Source: an uncultured Pseudomonadales bacterium
GTDB lineage: Bacteria; Patescibacteriota; Microgenomatia; UBA1400; PJMF01
Assembly: GCA_964650185.1 (NCBI GenBank)
Contig: CAZYRN010000005.1
Location: 18,640 to 82,639, forward strand
Direction: 5' to 3'
Length of the DNA stretch: 64,000 nucleotides
The position numbers and the translations under genes are program-made. The number at the start of each line of letters is the position of its first letter. The first letter of the stretch is position 1. The notes below the pieces were generated by a model. That model was not told the origin of the DNA and searched no databases. It saw only the letters and a list, made by a program, of their open reading frames with translations. Below are positions 26,277 to 38,294 of this stretch, one piece after another.

Positions 26277-29200
26277 ATGGCCGGGAAAAAGCGAGTAAAT
26301 TGGGGCAACGACCACGATATTTTACCTAAGTTAGACCTGATCCAGCTGCAGCAAGAAAGTTACCAAAGATTTTTAGATGATGGCATTCGAGCTGCATTAG
26401 ATGAAGTTAATGGTGAAAAAGATGGCATTGAGGACTTTACTGGTAAAAACTGGAAGCTGAAATTCGGTGACTATCGCTTTGATGAGCCCAAACATACTCC
26501 TACCCAAGCCAAGCGCAAGGCTGTTTCTTATGATATGCCGCTCTATGTTGAAGCCACTTTAACTAATAAGAAAACCGGCACTACCCAAACCCAAGAAGTC
26601 TTTTTATGTGACCTACCCAAGATGACTCAGGTAGGCACATTTATTATTAATGGCATTGAAAGAGCTGTGGTGACACAGCTCGTTCGTTCTCCGGGTGTCT
26701 TTTTCTCTGGTGATGAGGAAGATGCTTCTGGTCAGATGTACTACAAAGCAGAGTTAAGACCCCTGCGTGGTTCCTGGATTGAAATCACAGTTGGTAAGCG
26801 TGATGTGATTTCTGTCAAAATTGACCGCCGTCGCAAGATGCCGGTGACTACTTTACTGAGAGCCATGGGCTATGATTCCAACGAAGAAATTTTAGAACTG
26901 TTCTCAGATGAGAGAGAGTTGGATGAGTACGATTTAATTCAAAAAACTTTAGAAAAAGATGCCACTGAGTCAGAAGCTGAAGCTTTAATTGAGCTCTACG
27001 AAAAAATGAGACCGGGTGAGCCAGCTGTGCTGGATACCGCCCGTGAGTATCTAAGCCAGCTCTTTTTTGATCCTCGCCGTTATGATTTGGGTTTAGTTGG
27101 CCGCTACAAACTTAATCGTCGCTTGAAGCAGGAAGTTAAAGAAGATGTAACAGTGTTGAGCCGATTAGATGTGGTTAATACCATTAAATATTTAATTAAA
27201 GTGCAAAATGGCCTGGGCAAAGTTGATGATATTGATCACTTAAGCAATCGTCGTGTTCGCCGAGTTGGTGAGTTAGTCAGACATAATGCCATGAGAATTG
27301 GCTTAATCAGACTGGAGCGCTCTATTCGAGAAAAAATGTCTTTAACTAAGACTGATGAGACGCTGACTCCAGCTTCGTTAGTTAATGCCAGGCCGTTGAT
27401 AGCCACTATCTCAGAATTTTTCCGCCGCAATCGGTTATCTACTATTTTAGATCAGACTAATCCTTTAGCAGAAATCGACAACTTGCGTCGGTTGTCAGTC
27501 ATGGGTACAGGTGGTGTAACTAGAGAAAGAGCCTCATTCTCAATGCGTGATATTAACGCTTCTCAGTATTCTAGAATTGACCCAGTCCGATCCCCAGAAG
27601 GTCCAAACATTGGTTTGGTTACTTATCTGGCTTTATATACACACGTCAATAAATATGGCTTTTTAGAAGCTCCCTACCGTAAAGTGGAGAACGTTAACGG
27701 CAAAATGAAATTGACGGATCAAATTGTCTACATGAGTGCCGATGAGGAAGAAGATTGTCATATTACTCACGCCTCAATTGATATTGATGAAAATGGCTAT
27801 CTCACCGAAGAGTGGGTGCCGATGCGGTTTATGAATGAGTTTAAGGAAGGTCCGGTTAAAGATGTGGAGTACATTGATGTTGTGCCACGTCAGGTGATTG
27901 GTACTTCTGCCTCATTAATTCCGTTTATTGCCCACGACGAAGCTAACCGGGCTCTGATGGGCACTCATATGCAATGTCAAGCTGTGCCACTGATTAAACC
28001 ACAAGCTCCAATTGTTGGTACGGGTATGGAAGAAGTGGTGGCCACAGCGATGGGTCGAACTGTCCGGGCTAAACACGGCGGAGTGGTGGATTATGTCGAT
28101 GGCAGCAAAGTGGTGGTTAAAGTTAATCCTAAAGAATTAGAGAAGATTGACAGAGATCGCTTTAAAGACGATGAGCAGATTGATTTAGATGGTGATCTGG
28201 AAATTTATCACTTAACTAAGTTTGAGCGAACTTCACAAAGCACCAGTTACTCCCAGCGGCCAATTGTCCAGCTTGGAGATAAGATTAGAGCGGGCGATGT
28301 GATCATTGATGGACCTGCTTCAGATCAAGGCGAGCTATCACTGGGGGCTAATCTACTGATTGCTTATGCTTCTTTTGAAGGTTTGGGTTATGAAGACGCG
28401 ATTGTTATCTCTGATCGATTGGTGAGGGAAGATACTCTGACCTCGATTCATATTAGTGAACATCGAGCGCGAGTGATGGATACCAAACTCGGAGCTGAAG
28501 AGTTAACTAATGACATTCCTAATGTTTCTGAAAATTATTTAGCTAACTTGACCATGGATGGTATCGTCCGAGTCGGTAGTGTTGTTGCCTCAGGTGATAT
28601 CTTGGTTGGGAAGATTGCTCCTAAGGGAGAGACTGAACTATCACCAGAAGAGAGGTTGTTGAGGGCCATCTTCGGTGAGAAATCAAGAGAAGTGCGAGAC
28701 ACTTCTCTACGCTTGCCCCACGGTACCACTGGTACTGTCATTGATGTTCAGGTTCTCGATCGGGATAAGGGCGATGAGCTGGATCCAGGGACTTTACAAG
28801 AAGTCGTGGTCAAGGTGGCTGAAACCCGCAAAATAACGGTTGGTGATAAGTTGGCAGGACGCCATGGAAACAAGGGTGTCATCTCTAAGATTGTGCCTCA
28901 GGCTGATATGCCTCATCAAGAAGATGGCACGCCGATTGATATTATCATCTCTCCGCTTTCCGTTTTGGCTCGTATGAACATGGGTCAGTTATTAGAAGCT
29001 AATTTAGGCTGGGCAGCCCAGAAAAAAGGCTTTAATGTGGCAGTGCCGGCATTTGAACAGGTTGATGAAGAAAAAATCTGGAATGCATTAGAGGAGGCTG
29101 GTTTACCGAGATCTGGTAAAGTTCAGCTAATTGACGGCCGCACCGGTGAGAAATTTAAAGAACAGACCGTGGTTGGCATTGGTTACATTTTGAAGCTAGT

Positions 29201-29723
29201 CCACATGGTTGAGGATAAGGTTCACGCTCGCTCAACTGGACCATACTCTTTAGTGACCCAACAGCCTTTGGGCGGTAAAGCCCAAATGGGTGGCCAGCGT
29301 CTGGGAGAGATGGAAGTTTGGGCTTTAGAAGCACATCGAGCTGCTCATACTCTGCAGGAAATGCTGACGATTAAGTCAGATGATGTTCAGGGTCGCGGTC
29401 GAGCATTTGAAGCGATGGTTAAGGGCGAAGATATTCCTGCTCCAACTGTACCTGAGTCTTTCAAAGTGCTGGTCAGTGAGTTGAATTCACTTGGCTTAGA
29501 GATTATTCCTCATGAAGTTCAAGAGGAAGTGATCGAGACTACACCTACCACTGAGTTGATCATTGATGCACTTGAAGATCAAACAGCAGAAGTTGAACCA
29601 GATCAGGCGATTGTGGTTGGTTTAGATGAGGTCGTGGAGGATCTCATTGAGGATGATGAAGAGGTTGAAGCAGAAGTAGCTGAGCTGAGTTCAGAATTAA
29701 ATGACACAAAGGATGAGGAGTAA
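26277..29723 (+). CDS. rpoB: RNA polymerase beta subunit
   Basis: GTFIINGIER, PEGPNIGL, GDKLAGRHGNKG and GGQRLGEMEVWALEA motifs. Confidence 0.99.
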   Translation: MAGKKRVNWGNDHDILPKLDLIQLQQESYQRFLDDGIRAALDEVNGEKDGIEDFTGKNWKLKFGDYRFDEPKHTPTQAKRKAVSYDMPLYVEATLTNKKTGTTQTQEVFLCDLPKMTQVGTFIINGIERAVVTQLVRSPGVFFSGDEEDASGQMYYKAELRPLRGSWIEITVGKRDVISVKIDRRRKMPVTTLLRAMGYDSNEEILELFSDERELDEYDLIQKTLEKDATESEAEALIELYEKMRPGEPAVLDTAREYLSQLFFDPRRYDLGLVGRYKLNRRLKQEVKEDVTVLSRLDVVNTIKYLIKVQNGLGKVDDIDHLSNRRVRRVGELVRHNAMRIGLIRLERSIREKMSLTKTDETLTPASLVNARPLIATISEFFRRNRLSTILDQTNPLAEIDNLRRLSVMGTGGVTRERASFSMRDINASQYSRIDPVRSPEGPNIGLVTYLALYTHVNKYGFLEAPYRKVENVNGKMKLTDQIVYMSADEEEDCHITHASIDIDENGYLTEEWVPMRFMNEFKEGPVKDVEYIDVVPRQVIGTSASLIPFIAHDEANRALMGTHMQCQAVPLIKPQAPIVGTGMEEVVATAMGRTVRAKHGGVVDYVDGSKVVVKVNPKELEKIDRDRFKDDEQIDLDGDLEIYHLTKFERTSQSTSYSQRPIVQLGDKIRAGDVIIDGPASDQGELSLGANLLIAYASFEGLGYEDAIVISDRLVREDTLTSIHISEHRARVMDTKLGAEELTNDIPNVSENYLANLTMDGIVRVGSVVASGDILVGKIAPKGETELSPEERLLRAIFGEKSREVRDTSLRLPHGTTGTVIDVQVLDRDKGDELDPGTLQEVVVKVAETRKITVGDKLAGRHGNKGVISKIVPQADMPHQEDGTPIDIIISPLSVLARMNMGQLLEANLGWAAQKKGFNVAVPAFEQVDEEKIWNALEEAGLPRSGKVQLIDGRTGEKFKEQTVVGIGYILKLVHMVEDKVHARSTGPYSLVTQQPLGGKAQMGGQRLGEMEVWALEAHRAAHTLQEMLTIKSDDVQGRGRAFEAMVKGEDIPAPTVPESFKVLVSELNSLGLEIIPHEVQEEVIETTPTTELIIDALEDQTAEVEPDQAIVVGLDEVVEDLIEDDEEVEAEVAELSSELNDTKDEE

Positions 29724-29726
29724 GAC

Positions 29727-32700
29727 ATGTCAGATCAATTACATAACATTGTTGACTTTTCCGCTCTTGAGATTAGGATCGCTGATCCCAAGACTATCGA
29801 GTCTTGGTCTCATGGGGAAGTTAAGAAACCAGAAACAATTAACTATCGTTCTCTCAAAGCAGAGAAAGATGGTTTATTTGATGAAAAAATATTTGGTCCA
29901 ATCAAGGACTATGAATGTTACTGTGGAAAATATAAGCGAATTCGCTATAAAGGCATCATTTGTGATAAGTGTGGAGTTGAGGTCACTCATTCCCGCGTCC
30001 GCCGTGAGCGGATGGGTCATATTGGTTTAGCTGCCCCAGTAGCTCATATTTGGTACTTCAAGGGTGCTCCATCCAAGTTATCTTTACTGCTTAATATTAA
30101 GCCAAAGGCCCTAGCTTCCATCATCTACTTCTCTCAATATCTAGTTTTAGAGACTGATAATGAGGCTAAAGTTCAGGTAATTGAAAACTTAGCGGTAGCT
30201 TTAGAAGAATCAAAAGCCGAGCTAAAGGAAAACACCAAGCAAGCCATTGTTGAGGTTCAGGACAAACTTAAGGAAGATAAGAAAAAATTAAAAGAACGCA
30301 TTAAGAATAGTGAAACCTTGGAGCTGAAAATCGAAGAGGTAGAGCTGAAAGCTAAACAAAAAATTGCCACGCTGAAGGCTCAGCTTGATGAGCAGATTGA
30401 TCAGACTGAAGAGATCTACGACACCGTCAATAAGATGGTTAAGAAGATTAAAAAAGGCACCATTTTGAGTGAGGATGAGTACATCAAGCTGTTGGATTAT
30501 GATGCAGCTGATCACTTGCGTGTCGGCATGGGCGCAGAAAGCGTCTTGGAATTAGTCCAGGAGATTGATTTGGATGATTTAGCAGAAAAACTGCGTCAGC
30601 AGATGGAAGAAACCAAGGGCACTAAGAAAGTTAAGATCATCAAGCGATTGAGAGTAGTTGAAGGCTTTAGAAAAGCTGGTCTCGATCCTGCTTGGATGTT
30701 CATGACTATTTTGCCAGTCATCCCGCCCGATCTTCGACCAATGGTTCAGCTTTCTGGCGGTAGATTTGCTACCTCTGACTTGAATGATTTATATCGCCGA
30801 GTCATTAACCGTAACAATCGGTTGAAGCACTTAATTGAGTTAGGAGCTCCTGAGATTATTCTCCGCAATGAAAAGAGAATGCTCCAGGAAGCAGTAGACT
30901 CATTGATAGATCAGACTAACGTGCGTCGCAGTCGCCGGACCAACCGTCGTGAGCTGCGCTCTCTATCGGACATGCTCAAAGGCAAGCAGGGTCGATTTAG
31001 ACAGAACTTGCTGGGTAAGCGGGTTGACTACTCTGGCCGGTCAGTAATTGTCGTTGGTCCTGACTTAAAGCTAAATCAATGTGGACTGCCTAAAGATATG
31101 GCTTTGGAAATGTATAAACCTTACGTGCTGCGTGAGTTAATTTTGAATGGTGTGGCACCAAACGTGAAGAGTGCTCGTCATTTAATTGATCGTCGTGAGC
31201 CGGAAGTTTATGACATTTTGGAAAAAGTGACCGAGAATCACCCTGTAATTCTAAACCGGGCTCCGACTTTGCACAAACTGGGTATGCAAGCTTTCTTCCC
31301 CATCTTAATTGAGGGTAAGTCAATTCAGCTGCATCCTTGTGTCTGTACAGGTTATAACGCTGACTTTGATGGTGACCAGATGGCAGTACATTTGCCATTA
31401 ACCAAGCAGGCTCAGCAAGAAGCAATTGATCTACTGATGGCTAACAACAACTTGTTAAAACCAGCTAACAGCGAGCCAATTACTGTGCCTAATAAAGAAA
31501 TGGCGATGGGTGTTTATTATCACACCATTATGGATGAGGCTTTGCCTGAACATCCAGGTATTTTTGCTTCTGCTGATGAAGCCATGCACTTTTATCAGAT
31601 TGGCCGAATTGATTTGCGTCAGCCAATTAAAGTTAGACTGAAAATTCATGGTGAAAACAAAATTGAGCGAACCACTGTTGGTCGGATCGAGTTCAACCGG
31701 TTGTTGCCTGTTGAATTTGGTTTCTACAACACTGCTGTTGATGCCAAGATGATTAAAGAGATTGTGACTGAGGCGATTGAAAAACAACCTCAGGATCGAG
31801 TGGCTCAGTTAATCGATGACATCAAGCAAACTGGTTTTGAAGCGGCCACCAAATCTGGCTTATCAGTCTCAGTCACTGATTGTGAAATGATTGATGAAAA
31901 AGATGAGATCATTGAACAAGCTAACCGTCGCGTGGAAGATATTCAGCAAAATTATCAAGAAGGTTTAATTACCAATGAAGAGCGGAAAAAGCTCACTTAC
32001 CAGATTTGGATGGAGACCACTGATGTGGTAGCTGATAAAACCTGGGAATCTTACTCCAGCAAAAATGCGGTTAAAGTTATGATTGATTCCGGAGGTACTC
32101 GTGCTTCTAAAGATCAGGTGAAACAGTTGGCAGCTATGAGAGGTTTAGTTGTTGATCCGTTAGGAAATATCGTGGAGATGCCGACCAAATCTAACTTTAG
32201 AGAAGGTTTGTCAATTTTCGAGTACGTGACTTCAGCGAGAGGTTCAAGAAAAGGTCTAACTGACTCAGCTCTGAAAACTGCTGATGCCGGTTACTTGACT
32301 CGAAGATTGGTCGACGTCGCTCATGATGCCATTATTAGAATGACAGACTGTGGAACTGACCAGGGTATAGAAATTACCAAAGCAGCTCGAGGCAAGACTT
32401 TCGAAGAGAGTATTGTGGGTCGATTTGCTCTGGAAGATATTACTTCAGGTAAAAAAGTGGTTGTGGCTGCTGGGGAGATCATTTTACCCCGCCACGCCCA
32501 ACAGATTGCTGCTGATGACAAGATTCAATCAGTTGAAGTCAGATCTCCGCTGACTTGTGCTGCTACCAAAGGACTTTGTGCTCACTGTTATGGTTGGGAC
32601 TTTGCCACCAGAGATTTAGTTGAAATCGGGGTTCCGGTTGGTGTAGTCGCCGCTCAGTCAATTGGTGAGCCTGGTACTCAGCTAACAATGCGGGTCAAGC

Positions 32701-33434
32701 ACACTGGAGGTATCGTTGGTTTAGACGTGACTCAGGGCTTACCTCGTGTTGAAGAGTTATTTGAAGCCAGAACACCTAAGACTAAAGCGGTTATTACCGA
32801 GTTGTCTGGTCGTGTAGCCATTGAAGAAACAGAAGAAGAGGTGGCGATAACCATCACTACTATTGGATCACCCAAAGAGGAAGTCACATATCGAGTTTCC
32901 CCGAATCTGCCGCTCTTGGTAGATGACGGCGATTTAGTCGCAGCGGGCAGCAGATTAACAGCAGGCAGTGTTGACCTGGATGAGCTACTCCAAATTCAAG
33001 GCTTATTGGCAGCTCAGCACCACATTGTGGAGCAAGCTCAAAATGTTTATGAATCTCAAGGAATTAAGATTCATGACAAACACTTTGAGGTCATTGCCAA
33101 AAAGATGGGTGATAAAGTCAAGATTGAAGATGCCGGTGACACTGATTTCTTAGCAGGTGAGATTGTGGAGCAGAGTCGATTTATTGAGGAAAATGAATCC
33201 GTCATGGCTTCCGGTGGTGAACCTGCCGGAGCGAGAGTCATGCTGCTCGGTATTACTAGATCTGCTCTTTACACCAGTTCTTGGCTATCAGCAGCTTCAT
33301 TCCAACACACTAAGAGTGTTTTAACCGACGCTTCAGTGAGGGGAGCAGTAGACTATCTGGAAGGTTTGAAAGAAAACGTCATTATTGGCCGCTTAATACC
33401 GACCACACCAGAGAGAGCAAGGATAGAAGTATAA
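29727..33434 (+). CDS. rpoC: RNA polymerase beta' subunit
   Basis: Zn finger CYCGKYK...CDKC, NADFDGD and [13 protein letters not shown]. Confidence 0.99.
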   Translation: MSDQLHNIVDFSALEIRIADPKTIESWSHGEVKKPETINYRSLKAEKDGLFDEKIFGPIKDYECYCGKYKRIRYKGIICDKCGVEVTHSRVRRERMGHIGLAAPVAHIWYFKGAPSKLSLLLNIKPKALASIIYFSQYLVLETDNEAKVQVIENLAVALEESKAELKENTKQAIVEVQDKLKEDKKKLKERIKNSETLELKIEEVELKAKQKIATLKAQLDEQIDQTEEIYDTVNKMVKKIKKGTILSEDEYIKLLDYDAADHLRVGMGAESVLELVQEIDLDDLAEKLRQQMEETKGTKKVKIIKRLRVVEGFRKAGLDPAWMFMTILPVIPPDLRPMVQLSGGRFATSDLNDLYRRVINRNNRLKHLIELGAPEIILRNEKRMLQEAVDSLIDQTNVRRSRRTNRRELRSLSDMLKGKQGRFRQNLLGKRVDYSGRSVIVVGPDLKLNQCGLPKDMALEMYKPYVLRELILNGVAPNVKSARHLIDRREPEVYDILEKVTENHPVILNRAPTLHKLGMQAFFPILIEGKSIQLHPCVCTGYNADFDGDQMAVHLPLTKQAQQEAIDLLMANNNLLKPANSEPITVPNKEMAMGVYYHTIMDEALPEHPGIFASADEAMHFYQIGRIDLRQPIKVRLKIHGENKIERTTVGRIEFNRLLPVEFGFYNTAVDAKMIKEIVTEAIEKQPQDRVAQLIDDIKQTGFEAATKSGLSVSVTDCEMIDEKDEIIEQANRRVEDIQQNYQEGLITNEERKKLTYQIWMETTDVVADKTWESYSSKNAVKVMIDSGGTRASKDQVKQLAAMRGLVVDPLGNIVEMPTKSNFREGLSIFEYVTSARGSRKGLTDSALKTADAGYLTRRLVDVAHDAIIRMTDCGTDQGIEITKAARGKTFEESIVGRFALEDITSGKKVVVAAGEIILPRHAQQIAADDKIQSVEVRSPLTCAATKGLCAHCYGWDFATRDLVEIGVPVGVVAAQSIGEPGTQLTMRVKHTGGIVGLDVTQGLPRVEELFEARTPKTKAVITELSGRVAIEETEEEVAITITTIGSPKEEVTYRVSPNLPLLVDDGDLVAAGSRLTAGSVDLDELLQIQGLLAAQHHIVEQAQNVYESQGIKIHDKHFEVIAKKMGDKVKIEDAGDTDFLAGEIVEQSRFIEENESVMASGGEPAGARVMLLGITRSALYTSSWLSAASFQHTKSVLTDASVRGAVDYLEGLKENVIIGRLIPTTPERARIEV

Positions 33435-33464
33435 ATTAAGATGTGTTACAATCACTGACTCATT

Positions 33465-33872
33465 ATGCCAACAATTAATCAACTAGTACGAAAAGGTCGA
33501 TCAGCTAAGCCGGACAAGATTAAGTCCACTGCTTTGCGTCGCAGTTTCAACACTATCAAAAACCAACCAACTAAAACCACTAACCCGCAAAAACGCGGTG
33601 TGTGTACTGTGGTCAAAACCATGACCCCGAAAAAACCAAACTCAGCCTTGCGGAAAGTGGCTCGTGTCAGACTCTCCAATAAAATGGAAGTGACCGCCTA
33701 CATTCCCGGAGAAGGTCATAATTTGGCCGAACACAGCATTGTTTTAGTTAGAGGCGGCAGAGTCAAAGACTTGCCAGGTGTGAAGTATCATATTGTCCGC
33801 GGTGTCTATGACTCTCAGGGCGTCAGTGGTCGAGCCTCCAGTCGTAGTAAATATGGTGCTAAGAAAAGTTAA
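33465..33872 (+). CDS. rpsL: 30S ribosomal protein S12
   Basis: [19 protein letters not shown] and GGRVKDLPG. Confidence 0.99.
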   Translation: MPTINQLVRKGRSAKPDKIKSTALRRSFNTIKNQPTKTTNPQKRGVCTVVKTMTPKKPNSALRKVARVRLSNKMEVTAYIPGEGHNLAEHSIVLVRGGRVKDLPGVKYHIVRGVYDSQGVSGRASSRSKYGAKKS

Positions 33873-33882
33873 GTGAGAAGTT

Positions 33883-34359
33883 ATGAGAACAAGAAGATTT
33901 CCCTCCAGAGATATCGAACCAGACCTCAAGTATGGTTCAGTTAAATTAGCTAAAGTTATTAATCGCTCCATGCTCGATGGTAAGAAATCTGTGGCAGCAA
34001 CCCAGGTTTATGAAGCTTTAGATAAAGTGGCCCAAGAAACCAAGCGTGATGCTTTAGAAGTTTTTGAAGAGGTCATGGAGAAAATTCAACCTCGCATGGA
34101 AGTAAGAACTCGCCGTGTTGGTGGGGCTTCTTATCAAGTGCCAGTGCCGGTTAAACCCAGAAGAGCTTTTGCTTTAGCAGTCCGATGGCTGGTTATTGAA
34201 GCCAACAAACGTCCTAATCGTGAGTTCCACACCTATGCAGACAAGCTCGCTGCTGAGATGCTGGATGCTCTCAATGAAACAGGAGGTGCGATTAACCGCC
34301 GCGATACTTCTCATCGGATGGCGGAAGCAAATAAAGCATTTAGTCATTTCCGTTGGTAA
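33883..34359 (+). CDS. rpsG: 30S ribosomal protein S7
   Basis: RRVGGASYQVP and MAEANKAFSHFRW. Confidence 0.99.
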   Translation: MRTRRFPSRDIEPDLKYGSVKLAKVINRSMLDGKKSVAATQVYEALDKVAQETKRDALEVFEEVMEKIQPRMEVRTRRVGGASYQVPVPVKPRRAFALAVRWLVIEANKRPNREFHTYADKLAAEMLDALNETGGAINRRDTSHRMAEANKAFSHFRW

Positions 34360-34371
34360 AGAAAGCTGCCC

Positions 34372-36501
34372 ATGTCACAAACTCAAAACAGACAACTACC
34401 CTTAGATCGAATACGCAATATTGGCATTATTGCCCATATTGATGCTGGTAAAACGACCACCACTGAACGAATTTTGTTCTATACTGGCCGGACTTATAAA
34501 ATTGGTGAGGTCCATGAAGGTCAAGCCACCATGGACTGGATGTCACAAGAGCAGGAGCGCGGTATTACCATTATGTCCGCTGCAACCACTGCTTTTTGGA
34601 CTCCTTATTTTGACTCTCATCTTCCTAAAGAAAAATACCGGTTAAATATTATCGATACTCCTGGTCACGTTGATTTCACTGCTGAAGTTGAACGCTCTCT
34701 GCGGGTTCTTGACGGAGGAGTAACTGTTTTGGATGCTTCAGAAGGTGTTCAGTCTCAGTCGGAAACTGTCTGGCGCCAAGCTGATAAGTACAACGTCCCT
34801 AGAATTTGTTTTATTAATAAGATGGATAAATTAGGTGCCGACTTTTTTGCCACCATTGAAGACATCAAAGAAAAATTTGGTGTGAAACCGGCGGTGATGG
34901 TTTTACCAATGGGCGCAGAGGATAAATTTGCCGGTGTTATCCAGCTTCTCGAGAGAAAAGCCCTTTTTTGGAAAGATAGAGCTGCTGATACAGAGCCGGA
35001 AGTGAAGGATATTCCAGAAGAATATCAGGATCGAGTGGAAGAGCTTCGGTTGCAGTTAGTCGAATCAATTGCTGAAACTGATGAAGCTTTAATGGAAAAA
35101 TTCCTCATGGAGGAAGAGATCTCTGTGGAAGAACTGAAGGTGGCGTTGAGAAAAGCAGTCATTAACTATGATTTAGTCCCAATTTTAGCTGGTTCTTCTT
35201 TGAAGAACACCGGCATTCAGCCGTTGTTAGATGCGGTGGTTGAGTACCTGCCTTCTCCTATGGATATTGATCATATCACTGGTCATCTGCCTACTGATCC
35301 AGAGCAGGAAGTGGTTAGAGCTTTAAAGCCATCTGAACCTTTTGCTGCTTTAGCTTTTAAGATTCAGACAGATCCTCACGTTGGTAAATTAACCTACGCT
35401 CGGGTTTACTCTGGAAGAATTGAATCTGGCAGTTATGTTTACAATTCCTCATCCGATCAAAAGGAAAGAGTGGGTCGTTTGCTGCTGATGCATGCTAATG
35501 ATCGAGAAGAAATTCCTTACGGTGAAGCGGGCGAGATTGTGGCCATTATTGGTTTAAAAAATACTGCTACTGGTGACACCTTATGTGATCAAGCTCATCC
35601 GATTGAGTTGGAGCGAATTACATTTGCAGATCCAGTTATTTCTTTAGCAATTGAACCGAAGACTAAATCTGACCAGGAAAAAATGGGTATGGCTTTGGCA
35701 AAACTGTCAGAGGAAGATCCAACCTTTTCTATCTCTGTTGATCATGAAACAGGTCAAACCATCATTGGCGGTATGGGAGAACTTCATTTGGAGATTATTG
35801 TGGACCGGATGAAAAGAGAGTTTAGCGTGGATGCTAATGTTGGCAAGCCTCAAGTTGCTTATCGTGAAACTATCAAACAGGAGGCTGAGGGTGAGGGTAA
35901 GTACATCAAGCAAACTGGTGGACGTGGTCAGTATGGTCATGCCCTAATCCGCATTTGGCCAAAAGACCGAGGTACTGGTTATGAGTTCAGCAATGATATC
36001 ACCGGTGGTGCAATTCCTCGTGAATTTATTACGCCGGTAGATAAGGGTATCCAAGAGTCCATGGAGCGTGGTTTCTTGGCTGGCTACCCAATGACCGACT
36101 TAGCAGTGTCACTTTATGATGGCTCTTACCATGATGTTGACTCAAGTGAGTTAGCTTTTAAGATGGCTGGATCTTTAGCGATTAGACAAGCTGTTAATAA
36201 AGCTAATCCGGTTTTGTTAGAGCCAATCATGAAGATTGAAGTGACTACACCCGAAGAGTTTATGGGTGATATCATCGGTGATCTTTCTAGCCGGCGTGGC
36301 CAGATTCAAGGCACCAATCATCGCGGTAATGTCGTCATTATTACGGGTATAGTGCCATTGGCTGAGATGCAAGGCTATGTTACAATTCTAAGGAGCATGA
36401 CTCAAGGTCGTGCTACTAGTGTATTGCTGCCCAGCCATTATGATGAGGTGCCAGCGAGCATTACTCAAGAGATTATTAGTGAAAGAGAGCCTCGGGGCTA
36501 A
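34372..36501 (+). CDS. fusA: Elongation factor G
   Basis: [23 protein letters not shown] and GMGELHL. Confidence 0.99.
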   Translation: MSQTQNRQLPLDRIRNIGIIAHIDAGKTTTTERILFYTGRTYKIGEVHEGQATMDWMSQEQERGITIMSAATTAFWTPYFDSHLPKEKYRLNIIDTPGHVDFTAEVERSLRVLDGGVTVLDASEGVQSQSETVWRQADKYNVPRICFINKMDKLGADFFATIEDIKEKFGVKPAVMVLPMGAEDKFAGVIQLLERKALFWKDRAADTEPEVKDIPEEYQDRVEELRLQLVESIAETDEALMEKFLMEEEISVEELKVALRKAVINYDLVPILAGSSLKNTGIQPLLDAVVEYLPSPMDIDHITGHLPTDPEQEVVRALKPSEPFAALAFKIQTDPHVGKLTYARVYSGRIESGSYVYNSSSDQKERVGRLLLMHANDREEIPYGEAGEIVAIIGLKNTATGDTLCDQAHPIELERITFADPVISLAIEPKTKSDQEKMGMALAKLSEEDPTFSISVDHETGQTIIGGMGELHLEIIVDRMKREFSVDANVGKPQVAYRETIKQEAEGEGKYIKQTGGRGQYGHALIRIWPKDRGTGYEFSNDITGGAIPREFITPVDKGIQESMERGFLAGYPMTDLAVSLYDGSYHDVDSSELAFKMAGSLAIRQAVNKANPVLLEPIMKIEVTTPEEFMGDIIGDLSSRRGQIQGTNHRGNVVIITGIVPLAEMQGYVTILRSMTQGRATSVLLPSHYDEVPASITQEIISEREPRG

Positions 36502-36567
36502 GCAGGAGTATTTAATTTCGTAGTTCAAATTAGTAGCAAAAAACATTTATTTATAAAAGGAGACCTT

Positions 36568-37767
36568 ATGGCTGAAGACAGCAAAAAATTTCAAAGAACT
36601 AAGCCGCACGTTAATATCGGCACCATTGGTCACGTTGACCATGGCAAAACCACATTAACTGCTGCTATTACTCAAACATTGGCTCAAAAGATACCAAGTG
36701 ACATCAACAAGCCTTTGCAATACAAAGACATTGACAATGCTCCTGAAGAGGCAACTCGTGGTGTGACCATCAACATTTCTCATATTGAGTATGAGACTGA
36801 GGCTCGTCACTATGCTCATATTGATGCTCCAGGTCACGCTGACTATGTCAAAAATATGATCACCGGTGCCGCTCAGATGGATGGTGCAATTTTAGTGGTG
36901 GCTGCTAATGATGGACCTATGCCTCAAACCAGAGAGCATATCCTCTTAGCCAAGCAGGTGAACGTGCCAAAAATTATCGTAGCCTTAAATAAAACTGACA
37001 TGGTTGATGATGCCGAACTGCTTGACCTGGTCGAGATGGAGGTGCGCGAACTCTTAACCAAAAATGGTTTTGATGGCGATGAGGCACCAATTGTCCGCGT
37101 CAGTGCCTTAAAAGCTTTGGAAGGCGATGCTGCTGCTAGTGATCAAATCATGGAATTGATGAACACCGTTGATTCATACATTCCTGAGCCTGTCCGTGAG
37201 CTTGATAAGCCATTCTTAATGGCGGTGGAAGATGTTTTCTCCATCAAGGGTCGTGGTACAGTCGTGACTGGCAGAATTGATTCCGGTGTGGTTAAGGTTG
37301 GTGAAGAAATTGAGATTGTTGGTATTAGAGACACCAAGAAATCAACTGTCACTGGTGTGGAAATGTTCCGCAAGATGCTTGATCAAGGTCAGGCAGGCGA
37401 CAACGTCGGTATTCTCTTAAGAGGTATTGGAAAAGAAGACGTTGAGCGCGGTCAAGTTTTGGCCAAACCAGGCTCCACCCAACCTCATACTGAGTTCGAG
37501 GCTGAAGTTTATATCTTAACCAAAGAAGAGGGTGGCCGTCACAAGCCATTTTTCACTGGTTATCGACCTCAGTTCTACATCAGAACTACTGTTGTAACTG
37601 GTGAGATCGGTCTGCCAGAGGGCGTTGAGATGGTCATGCCTGGCGATAATGCTAAGATGAGCGTCAAGTTAATCGTCCCAGTAGCTATGCGCGAAGGCTT
37701 AAGGTTTGCCATCCGTGAGGGTGGTCACACCATCGGTGCCGGTGCAATTACTAAAATTGTAAAGTAA
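36568..37767 (+). CDS. tuf: Elongation factor Tu
   Basis: [24 protein letters not shown] and FAIREGG. Confidence 0.99.
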   Translation: MAEDSKKFQRTKPHVNIGTIGHVDHGKTTLTAAITQTLAQKIPSDINKPLQYKDIDNAPEEATRGVTINISHIEYETEARHYAHIDAPGHADYVKNMITGAAQMDGAILVVAANDGPMPQTREHILLAKQVNVPKIIVALNKTDMVDDAELLDLVEMEVRELLTKNGFDGDEAPIVRVSALKALEGDAAASDQIMELMNTVDSYIPEPVRELDKPFLMAVEDVFSIKGRGTVVTGRIDSGVVKVGEEIEIVGIRDTKKSTVTGVEMFRKMLDQGQAGDNVGILLRGIGKEDVERGQVLAKPGSTQPHTEFEAEVYILTKEEGGRHKPFFTGYRPQFYIRTTVVTGEIGLPEGVEMVMPGDNAKMSVKLIVPVAMREGLRFAIREGGHTIGAGAITKIVK

Positions 37768-37784
37768 ATTAGTATAGAATTTAG

Positions 37785-37812
37785 TGAAAACCCCGCTTAG
37801 GCGGGGTTTTCA
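37785..37812 (+). terminator. Intrinsic terminator after tuf
   Basis: TGAAAACCCCGC-TTAG-GCGGGGTTTTCA perfect 12-bp stem. Confidence 0.9.
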
Positions 37813-37826
37813 TTTCAGAGAAAGTT

Positions 37827-37886
37827 TGTTACAATAAGAAGCTCTGTACAACCAGGCGAAAACCAGATATAATCTCGCCTTGTTGT
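37827..37886 (+). promoter_or_regulatory. S10 operon promoter (TGTTACAAT) and leader hairpin
   Basis: Extended -10 at 37827-37835. Stem ACAACcAGGCGA / TCGCCTtGTTGT at 37848-37886. Confidence 0.55.
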
Positions 37887-37909
37887 TTAACAAAGACTAG
37901 AAAACAAAT

Positions 37910-38239
37910 ATGGCAAAGAGTTCTGAAAATCAAGACTCATACAAGATTAGAGTCCGGTTAAAATCATATGACCATCGGGTGATTGATGAAGCTGGACGCA
38001 AAATCTTAGAAACAGCTCTTTCTACAGGGGCTAGGGTGAAAGGACCAATCCCACTACCGACTCATCGGAAGTGGTTTACAGTCTTGATATCCCCGCACAC
38101 TGATAAAGATGCTCAAGAGACCTTTGTTATTAGAACTCACAAGCGATTGATCGATATTGTCAATCCGACGAGTAAAACCATTGACTCGTTAATGCATCTG
38201 GAATTGCCTGCTGGTGTAGACATCCAGATCAAGATGTAA
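37910..38239 (+). CDS. rpsJ: 30S ribosomal protein S10
   Basis: [18 protein letters not shown] and THKRLIDI. Confidence 0.99.
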   Translation: MAKSSENQDSYKIRVRLKSYDHRVIDEAGRKILETALSTGARVKGPIPLPTHRKWFTVLISPHTDKDAQETFVIRTHKRLIDIVNPTSKTIDSLMHLELPAGVDIQIKM

Positions 38240-38294
38240 CAATAAGAAAGAATGACTGTATTGAGAACAATTTATCAACACTGTCTGAGAGATT

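Noticed and set aside
26099-26308. 69-aa antisense ORF over the rpoB leader, and the other short overlapping ORFs in the track
   Set aside because: Shadow ORFs of well-supported genes or leaders, with no motifs or start signals.
37591-37593. EF-Tu RTTVVTG instead of conserved RTTDVTG
   Set aside because: A single A>T change in an assembly with other probable errors; cannot be supported without reads.
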